A stretch of DNA of 64,000 nt from Lama guanicoe (lineage: Eukaryota), in NCBI GenBank assembly GCA_013239625.1, contig MU054098.1, positions 1,408,042 to 1,472,041 on the forward strand, in the 5' to 3' direction. Below the pieces are notes generated by a model that saw only the letters and a program-made list of their open reading frames with translations, was not told the DNA's origin and did no database searches. The stretch's first letter is position 1. Every line of letters begins with the position of its first letter. A program made the translations under genes and the position numbers. This document shows positions 15,671-24,687 of the stretch, one piece after another.

Positions 15671-17848
15671 TATGATGTATGTGCGTGTTGTATTTTTATT
15701 TACATATCCTACCCTGCTTAATTAGATTTCAAAGCTTGAATCTACAGAAGAAGTCATTTTATCTAGAATAGCAATGATATATAAAATTGGAGTCAATAAC
15801 CATCAGAATGTTTTCCATCGCCGGAATTTGGTGAAACATTCTGGTTTTGTTTGCTTGTTTTGGTTTGAGTTTCTGTTCCTACATATTATTACTCAGAGGG
15901 AGAGAGAAACCACTTGATAAGTATGTTCACAGAATTCTAATCTGTGACTTCCAATTGAAGAGGGGTTATTAACAACTTCAAGATGTTCTCTAATATACTC
16001 TACAAAACAATTAGCTACCAGTAAATTTGAATATCATCCTTCAGACGCTGTATAAAGATGTGATTCTTTGAATAAAGTTTCCACATTAAAATCATCCAGA
16101 GATTTAGAAATAAGACCCAGTTGATGCTCTAAATGTGATTGGATGGCTGAGAAAATTGTGATTGCCAATACTGATGTTCACGGTACAGAGAGAAACTTTA
16201 TAAAGTTTTAACTTAATACAATGGATAAAGAGAAAACATTCATTCATGGCAAATGCCTATATTTAGCACTGGTGCCTCCCTTGGCTTTTAAAGACATTCA
16301 GTAAATGTTTGCTACACTGAGCCAAATGTAGGAAGAAAAATATTTCTAATATATATGTTCACATTACCAAGATTTTGACCAAAAAAACCCACTTTTACAT
16401 GTAGAGGAGAAAGATCTAATTTTTTTAAGTTAATAAAAATAATAAAGAAAAATTTGAATTTAATATCATTTTTTAATTGAAGCACACTTAAGGCAGACAT
16501 CAAGTATTATCAAGGTTGTGGTATGAAGAATTAAGCCATGCCATCTAAAAACATGAAAAAATTATAATTAGGCTAGTTTCATGTGTCTTGCAAAGTTCAG
16601 AATTGAATATACGAAACTGAGTGCCACTAGTCACAAATGGAAGGAGGTGGGCTTCTCTTTAACAGAAAATTAAATCCATTGTACCATTGTTCAAATTAAG
16701 ATATAGATGGTTAACTCCTGGAAATTTTGTTAACATCCTGGTCTGGCTCAATACTATCTGAAATCCTAGAGGGTTTACCTAAGCAATGATTTCTACACAT
16801 TAGAATATTAATATCAGAAATTCAGAAATAATCAGAATACAAATGAATTTTAATCTTACTTTCTAGTGATCACTGGCCCTTATCCCATCATCAATTAGCT
16901 ATTACATTTTCTATATTTCTATTACCCACAATAAAGTACCACTACTGTTCTCTTCACATTCTGGATGGATGTATGATGTTGAAAAACATCTGAACCCTCT
17001 ACTTCTCTAAGAGAATCTGAGCATTTTTTTTCCCAATTTCCTTCAGATACAAGGAATAATAGGCTTATACTAAGTCTTTTTTTTTTTTGAGAAGCAAGGG
17101 AAGATGTAATCCTTGGGGCAAAAGTAATTTTGGATCAGGGACTAAAGAGCATAACAAAAAGCCAGTGAATATCTCTGGAAAGAGAAAGAATTATAAGGTC
17201 TTCAAGCAGCTGGAATTAGAGTTGAAGCAGAGAAGGGTAAATGTAGCCTAGAGGAGGCCAATTAACAATGGCTTTTTTATTTGGTATCTGGCTACAGAAA
17301 TCATTTAGTCCACTTTAAATATATTGTACATTCAAAATACAAGAAATGAGAGGTACAGGTTGTAATCAGTTTAAGTATTCCTTACTGAAGGACATGACCA
17401 TTTTGGGGGAAATTTATACAACTGAAATTTTCAGCACACTTGATTTTAATAGGTGTCATTGAGTGAATTTCAAAATAAGTATGCTGGTATTTCCAAGTAT
17501 CCATTTCTATAGTCAGATTTATGCCATTTTTAAGAGGCTCTATTGATTTTTTCCTCCATTTTTTTAAACTTTTGAATAATAAATCTTAGCATGTGTGAAA
17601 ATGCTCAGTATTAGCAGAAAATTGTTTTAGATGTTTTTGAAAGATGTACAAATCATTATTTTGTAGAAGTTTGTTAGGAATTTAGTGTCTTAAGTGGAGA
17701 TTTATTTAAAGACAAATTCTAACAGTATAAAGTAATTAAGCATGCATATTTTAAAGTCTGGTTGATTACAATGGCCAAGTTATTTTTCATCAATCTCTTT
17801 TTACTCATCTCTAATGAAATAGTATTAGCTCAAAGGATTGTTAGAGAA

Positions 17849-17895
17849 GTGTGTATGCGTGTGCACGCATGCACGTGCACACACACACACACACA
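17849..17895. repeat. Alternating purine-pyrimidine / (CA)n microsatellite
   Basis: GTGTGTATGCGTGTGCACGCATGCACGTGCACACACACACACACA. Confidence 0.9.
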
Positions 17896-18239
17896 TCACC
17901 ACTTTCTTAGTGTCTGGCTACAAAACCCAATAAATCATGCTGAAATGATGATGATAAGAATGACAACAATGACATAACACACTCACTCTAATTCCTGCTG
18001 TAATGTAAACAGGCAGATGCTCTCCATTGCTACTAATCAAACCTGGCTCCACGTACTCTATCATTGTAAAACTAAGCATAATATGTGATAAATGAATAGG
18101 CTCACCTTCCTTATTTTTCTCTAATTTTATATTGTATAAGGAGTCCTGTCATTATAAAGTTGCATTTATCAGAATCCCTAATAAATATTATCAAAGATTT
18201 AGGACAGAAAATGAAAATAAAAAGTCAAACGCATCATAA

Positions 18240-18460
18240 TTAGTTGCGCATTATAATTACCTGAGGATATTTTTAAAATGCCAACATCTAGGTCACACCT
18301 GAGTTCACGTAAATCAGAATTTCTGGGGGTGGGGCCCATGATCAGAAGTTTGTAAACTATCCCAAATGATTTCAATATGCAATCAAGTTTGAGAACCACT
18401 GCTCTAGAGCAGTGATTTTCAAATCTGGCTCTATATTAAAATCATCTGAGATGCCTTAAA
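18240..18460. mobile_element. MER5-family hAT-Charlie DNA transposon fragments
   Basis: AAATCAGAATTTCTGGGGGTGGGGCCC...AAGTTTGAGAACCACTG CTCTAGAG CAGTGATTTTCAAA, with the Charlie-type NTCTAGAN site between two copies. Confidence 0.75.
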
Positions 18461-18489
18461 ATATCTTAAAAAGTTTGTACCAGTAATAT

Positions 18490-18850
18490 CAGCTACCATT
18501 ATTGTAGGGCAGGTATGGTGCCACAGTTTAAATATATTGCTTTATTTACATTTTACAGTATTACAACATGAATTTATAATACACTTAATCTTCAATGCAA
18601 CCCTATGAGGTAGGTATAATTTTCCCTTTTAGAGACTGAAATTCCATGTGGATCTATGTATCTTATTTGTCTTATCTTCAGAACCTTGCATACTGCCTGG
18701 CACAAAATAGACAAATAATACATATTCACTAAATTATTAAGCAAACAGCATTTCATATGAGAAAACTTAAAGAATTTAAGCAACCTGTCCAAAACTGCAG
18801 GGGCAGGATTTAAACCCAAGGCCAGTTGACACAGGAACCCATGCTTTCCC
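18490..18850 (-). mobile_element. MIR fragments with an intervening L2 3' fragment (~18650-18740)
   Basis: CAACCCTATGAGGTAGGTATAATTTTCCC, GCAGGATTTAAACCCAAGGC; L2 tail TGCCTGGCACAAAATAGAC. Confidence 0.6.
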
Positions 18851-19092
18851 TATCCTGCCTTGCTGCTTTTCTTGTAATCACATAAGCAATATTGAGACTG
18901 TGAATAAAGCAATTCATCCTTTTGTACCACCTCAAGGTGCCCCCAAAGTGGTTCTAAGACCCATAGCAGATTTTACACTCACTAATGCCTGCACGTACTG
19001 TAATAAATCCAACTTCACAAGTTTGAGCACACCACAGAATTTCCTCTCTCAAACCCAGCTAATGTCAGTCTCTTACCTCCATGAAATCCTCT

Positions 19093-19780
19093 TGTTAGGC
19101 AGTTAGATAGAAGTGAGCACTGGGCAGGGGGAGAGGAAGGGGAAAGGAGCAACCCAGAAAAATAACAGTAAACCTGCGCTCAGAATAAGGGGCTCCCAAA
19201 AACTTACTTTCTCTAAATGAGAGCCAGGAAAGAAAGCGGCTAGGGTCAAATGCTGCGGCTGCGGCTGCGGCTGCGGCTGCGCAGTAGAGAAAGACCCGCC
19301 TTAACTTGACCCAATGCTCATTATAATGTAATTAACACCAGAGTTTGAGCCTCCTCCCCTCTGTGTGCATCATGGGTAAAAACATGCGTAGAAGAGATGG
19401 GCGTGCCTGACCACAAGGAACGTGAGCTGTCAATCAGCCTGAGCACAAGGAACGTGAGCTGTCAATCAGCCTAAGCACAAAGAACGTGGGCTGTCAATCA
19501 GCCTGAGCACTCAACCTGGGCCGTGAATCAATCAATCAATCAATCAATCACGAAAACACCACTAAGCCAGGATAGAAAAACAGGAAAAACAAATGAGCGG
19601 CTCCATGTTATCTCTCTTGGATTGGCTCGCTCCCAATTCTCGGGAGTGTACTATATTTTACTAAGTTTTTACTTTACTAATAAAATCTTAAATATATCAT
19701 GCTGTCGCTTGTTAAAAATTCAGTTTTTTTCAAGTGACTAAGAACCGAGGTAATTCTTATTCCTCGTTTTTCTGGTAACA
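19093..19780 (+). mobile_element. Young ERV solo LTR (probably class I)
   Basis: TGTTAGG...GGTAACA termini, flanks CTCT/ATCT (3/4 TSD), AATAAA 19679-19684, retained CpGs, internal tandem repeats. Confidence 0.85.
19413..19508 (+). repeat. 3 x 32-bp tandem repeat in the LTR
   Basis: Unit ACAAGGAACGTGAGCTGTCAATCAGCCTGAGC at 19413, 19445 and 19477. Confidence 0.95.
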
Positions 19781-21203
19781 ATCTTAGAAGAATACTAGAC
19801 AACTCTTAATTCCTCACTTTCTTTGGATTTCTAAAATAATTATCACTTCTACTGCTCATTTTTGCTACACATTACATCCTGTCTTGTATGACTACATTTC
19901 ATGGAAGCATGCTCTGTATATCCAGTAGAATTATAAAATCTCTAAAAGCAGGTAACAATAGCAAATACTGTGTGCCAGATACTATTCTAAGCACTATGTA
20001 TCACTATATATATTAAATTATTTATCCTTAGAATAAACACTTGAAATAGATACTTTTATCTCCATTTATGAATAAAGAAAGTTATACTGAGATAGTTACA
20101 AAAAAATCTTTAAATTGTTAACATAGTAATATACTTTCTTTATTTTAACATATTGGATAACAAGACTTAGGGTTAGCATCAGGTATAAAATGATCATAAC
20201 TTTGAAATAATATGAGGTTAAATTTATTTTAATATAATTATAGCAAATTTTATGTGACATAAAATTATCTGTTGTCTAATGCTGACAAAGTCATAAGTAT
20301 GGCCAATATTACAGAGGTCTGTTGCCTACTTTCAAAATGAAAGAAAGTAATAATTTTTAGTTAGAGGATAAGGAAAATAGAGGTATAATTTTCCCTATCT
20401 AAAAATCATATATTGGTTGAATTTAATTTACAAATAAATAGGATTTTGGATTCCAAAATAAGACCTCCTGGCCCCCAAATATCTACTAGATATTGAACAC
20501 AGACATTAGGTAAGGACCTGCTACTTCATATCTTCAAATATTTACGGAGGGAAAATCAAGTTAGAAGATGTACTTTACTCTTTATTGGCTTGAAAACATA
20601 TTTTGGTTGTATTAACATTATTATTGAATATTTGAGTCAAGGTTTAGAGAACTCCATGGCCTGGTTTAGGCTGTGAAGGCATTCAGAACTATCCAAAAGA
20701 GAATTGGTTTGTATCTTGAGCAATGTTCCCAAAAATGTCTTTAATGTTCAGGAGATTGCAAATGAAAAATAAGAAAAAAATAAAATTTTAACCAGTGCTA
20801 GCCAGTTTCTCTTTTTGTATATATCTTATATTTAACTAAAAAGTTTGACATCCTTCAGTGGTCATTCAGCTTTCCCATAAAGTACAAGTTCAGGCTATAA
20901 AAAATGCAGGTTATTTTTTTTTCCTCTCAAGATAGGGTAAGATGCTGTTAAAAAGCTCAAACCTCAACTGCATCAATGGGACCTTAAGTCAGGTGACAAA
21001 TTGAAAGTGGTATATTTCTTGTTGATAAGCACCAACAAAATTTTGTACATTATAAATTGCTTTTGGAAAAGGCTTTATTTTGCTTTGGAGAAGATAATTC
21101 ATGCATGAAATATCTATGCTAATGATATGATTTTCAACTATACTTAATGAGTATATTTCTGTTTTTACACAGTAGTTCTATTAGAGGCAGTTATACCAGT
21201 AAA

Positions 21204-22834
21204 ATGGAAGCAATAATTGTAATTTAATGTTTTTCATAAAACTCAGAAAAGAAGAAATAATTTACAGACTTTCAATGTTTTTCCTATTCCTCTTCTGATT
21301 TTTTTACAATATTTATTTATTTATTTTCAGTGGGGGTAAATAATTAGGTTTACTTATTTATTCGTTTATTTATTTTTAATGGAGGTACTGGGGTTGAACC
21401 CAGGACATCGTGCATGCTAAGCAGGCACTCTACCACTGAGCTCTACCCTCCCCCTGATTTTTTTTTTTTCAGATTTAGCCCAAGATAATTAGAATGATTG
21501 CCTAAGACACATCAGACTGACTGTTGTGTGTACTGTTTTGTTACAAACATATCCTGGAGGAATAACTATATTCTCCACCACCCAGTGATACTTATGTAAC
21601 ACAACACAGTTCTCTTCTAGGTACTAGACAAAAGAAAACAGGTACACCTGGGCATTCAGGCTGAGCTGCGAGCCCAAGCAAATGAGGAGATCAATAAATA
21701 ATGTGTACAGGCTTTTGTTACTCCTGTTCTTTGTCCTGGGGCAGCTGAGAGTAATTCACTACATTTCGGGCTGTGGAGGGAAAATATCACTTCTGCTGAA
21801 ATTTGAAGGTGGGAATCGACTTAGCCCAGCACCCAGGTGGTTGTACAGGAAATAATGATTGAGTTGGGAGAGACTACTTGCCTGCAACCAATCTCAAATA
21901 CTGTCCCAACATCAACCAGGCCTGATGGTTTCATGAAGGCACAGTCACTCTTAATCACTCAAGCAAATATCAACGGCAGGCATTATATGAACCAACAAAG
22001 GTTGGATAGTCTTATTTATTGTTATGAAAGTGCCATATCATCAGAGTCTGGTTTTCAGCTTGCAAAATAAAGAGCACTGCATCCTGAACATCACTAGAAC
22101 TCTGTCATCAAAAGCATCCAAAACTGCTGAGCATAAAAGCTAGATTGAACAAAGGTGAACACTCCAATTTAATTATTTTGCTTCAAAACTTCAAAAGCTA
22201 AATGCCACTATTGTAGAACATAACTAATTTGAACAGTAGTGTTGAAATGGAGTGGATAAAGCTGTGATTGGAGGTTGTGGGGACTGTCATCAATATGAAA
22301 TCAGCAATCCTTCTTATCAAAAAGGCAGATTCTGAGATTAGTCTGACAAAAGTGATAGATGACAACTAACCTCTAGTTTGAATCTATCATAATCTGTGTA
22401 AGAGCATGAAGTTGGCAGAATGTCAAGCTAAGCATTGTGCTCAAGGAAAATTCACTTCCCTAAACAACCAGCTGTGGGTGGAAAGTGCATCTAAACTGAA
22501 AGCATAAGAGGAAAACAATTCTATGCTGTTCTATAATGTATGCACGTCTCATGGAGTATCATCCTACCATTCACTATTATATGATACCACAAATCACAGA
22601 GCATTGAATAACCACAAAGCAGTGTGTGGAAAGCTAAAGAAACAGCATGATAACTGCAATTCTTACTCATCTCCATAAGAGGCTACCAGACTTTGATCTT
22701 TAGTTCGTTCTTTGATCCCTCAGCACAGAGTGGATCCAGGACAGATTCATATTCACTTAAAGTGACATGTCTTGATTTACACAATGAATAGGTAAAAAAT
22801 AATTCAGAGTAGAAGGAAATATTGGTCAGATTAA
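21204..22834 (+). pseudogene. EBLG: Decayed bornavirus-like glycoprotein gene, interrupted by a SINE
   Basis: Versus recalled BoDV-1 G: DFQCFSYSS..DL ~ GLSCNTDS..DL; YLCNT (21589) ~ YHCKT; EI*RW...QVVVQ (21798) ~ EICRC...TVAVQ; RLDSLIYC (21999) ~ TLNGTILC; TLQFNYFASKL (22159) ~ TQQIEYLVHKL; W-DCH (22278) ~ WQCH; DTTNH (22583) ~ DPINH; HKRLPDF...WIQD (22674) ~ HIGLPSF...WLRD; SRRKYWSD* (22808-22834) ~ RRRLGRWQE*. Confidence 0.8.
21306..21454 (-). mobile_element. tRNA-derived SINE, camelid Vic-1-like
   Basis: Minus strand GGGGGAGGGTAGAGCTCAGTGGTAGAG...GGGTTCAACCCCAGTACCTCC with A and B boxes and a (TAAA)n tail. TSD TGATTTTTTT at 21296-21305 and 21455-21464. Confidence 0.85.
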
Positions 22835-22974
22835 ATAAATAAAATAATGAGAGGATTATATTAAATAATATCTGGGCCTCATCTTTAAGCATTAACTGGC
22901 CCATAATACTGATTCTTGGGTCTCAGCTCTGTCTGAATCCTGTGAGTTAACAGGTCTTATAAACAAGCTTCCAG

Positions 22975-23430
22975 TTGAAACCTTTAGTAAATTCTCCTCA
23001 CATGAGGGGAGTGACATGGAGACAGAGAACAAAATATTGTGATGAGTGAGATCACATTTTATAGGTCAATAAATCTAACCCTAAACTATTAACAGAAAAT
23101 CCCCCAAAGAGACCTACATATTAATCATCCCACCTCTATCTGTATCAATGGGCAGTCAAGAACTGACATCCAATTTTATAATGTATGTTGATTTCTTCTC
23201 AAGTTCTTACTAGCATTATAACTCCACAGGTTCTTTTGAGAATGTATAATCAATAAAAATGTCACCAGTGATCCAGAAATGCTATTTTACCTTACTCTCC
23301 TTGATATTCTCCCCCATAGATTATGTAATTCATCCAAGACTGAAACATGGATTTCGATAAAGGCTCCACATATTCTGCTGGAAGTCTAGATGTATAAGCT
23401 AAGCCAGACAGGGAACATCCAGTTTGTGAA
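22975..23430 (+). pseudogene. EBLM: Decayed bornavirus-like matrix gene
   Basis: Versus recalled BoDV-1 M: VMSEITF (23039) ~ LMLEIDF; LIIPPLSV (23121) ~ LNIPFLSV; FTLLSL (23286) ~ LTLNSL; KHGFR*RLHIFCWKSRCIS (23343-23399) ~ KHAINAAFNVFSYRLRNIG, ungapped. The last three blocks share one frame. Start and end approximate. Confidence 0.7.
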
Positions 23431-23559
23431 ATTTGATTGATAATGTTCTTGCCAGGGACAGCCTGCTGCTCAGAAACATCTCTCACACAAAGGGTAACCA
23501 TGAATTGCATCCTTTGGCAGCCAGATCCCATACTGTGAAATGCCTCAGATGCAAGGTAA

Positions 23560-24242
23560 TGATCAAGTCTATTTTCTATCCAATCACATTTTTCTATTGG
23601 AAATAAAATAGAACATGAAGAGTATTGTGCCAAATCAAATTTGCAAACGCCAATTTCTCTTCATGGTGGAAATGTCCTAGGTCTCCATAACAGCATCATA
23701 CCTCATGAAAGGAAACTACAAATGTATACAAATTAAAATAGCCATTATTCCTGTGGAAGTCTAACCAAAATCCAGTAGATATAACATAGACTCATAAAAA
23801 AAATGCCTACAATGCAGAATAACATACAATAAGCTGTGGAGACACTATCCTATATGTACTCAGAGACAGTAAAGTATGAGTCAGTGAAGTCATACTATAA
23901 GCTACAAGACAAATTCAAAAATGCTTATCTTAAGTCTGTCTCTTGGTAAAATAATATGCTGAATTATGTATGTTTTTTCTAAAATCTCAAGGGTATAAGA
24001 AATATGACAAACTTAACACAATTAACTCCAGACTGGAGCCTATTTTAAGATATCAAATTACTTTGTTCTAGTGAAAGATGTGATGAAAATGCACTTCTTC
24101 AGTAATTTTGAGAGATGTTGCATTGAATTTATAGATGTATTTAGGAAGAATCTGCATCTTCTATCAGGAATAAATCTCTGTGTGTCCACTATTCAGGCTC
24201 ACTTACATGTGTTTAAGAAAAGCCGTTTTATCTGTATAGAAC
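23560..24242 (+). pseudogene. EBLL: Decayed N-terminal fragment of a bornavirus-like L polymerase gene
   Basis: KSNLQTPI...IPHER (23632-23712) ~ DQSLKNPL...LPHHVR. FKISNYFVLVK...NFE...DVFRKNLHLL (24044-24163) ~ DTAKSRCHLL and the equivalent mononegaviral L N-terminal block. The ~500-nt spacing is similar to BoDV-1 L. Confidence 0.6.
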
Positions 24243-24279
24243 TTACACAGACCTTATTAGGTTTATCTTAAACTCCAAG

Positions 24280-24500
24280 TCAAGACTCCAGTTGCAAACC
24301 AACTTAAGCTAAATTAAGAAAAATGCAGAACTGATTAGTTCATGTGAATAAACAACAGTATATTCAGGAGTGGGGCTGACTTTAGGGAAGATTTAATGCA
24401 GTGTCAAATGTCCCATTTTCTCTAAATATTGACATGCTCTTTCTCCCCTTGCCCCAACCACTGCTGCCTGAAACAGCTTCTCCGTGCATCAGAGAACACC
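24280..24500 (-). mobile_element. LTR33-like ERVL LTR fragment
   Basis: GTTGCAAACCAACTTAAGCTAAATTAAGAAAAA...ATTAGTTCATGTGAAT...GGGGCTGACTTTAGG. Confidence 0.5.
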
Positions 24501-24687
24501 ATTTTCACCTTCTTATCTATTTTTATATTTATATTGCCAAACCTGTTATCTATTTTTAGCATTTGTATCATCTATCTTTACCAATCTCTTTATTTTAGAC
24601 TTTTCTAAGTGTATCAACTATAAACCACATATATATTATTAAAAGGGAATCTGAGAATAAGTTTTAAAAATTAAGGTAGAAAGGAGT

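Larger units (their letters stand above)
21185..24242 (+). other. Endogenous bornavirus-like element, G-M-L(5') order (carbo-/cultervirus-type)
   Basis: More than ten colinear motif matches by eye to bornavirus G, M and L across frameshifts, inside a repeat-poor island. Boundaries approximate. Confidence 0.8.

Noticed and set aside
19413..19508. 32-bp direct repeats resembling a CRISPR array
   Set aside because: No spacers, eukaryotic context, and located inside an LTR.
20100..21180. Possible upstream bornaviral N or P remnants
   Set aside because: Nothing N- or P-like stood out on a cursory read; it looks like ordinary AT-rich DNA, though only a profile search could exclude it.
21380..21454. 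tRNA-like sequence on the minus strand
   Set aside because: It has an AT-rich tail and TSD and lacks a proper acceptor stem; it is a SINE head.
23292..23633. 113-aa minus-strand ORF (MAQYSSCS...)
   Set aside because: It is antisense to the M/L-like region and resembles no protein I recognise; treated as a shadow ORF.
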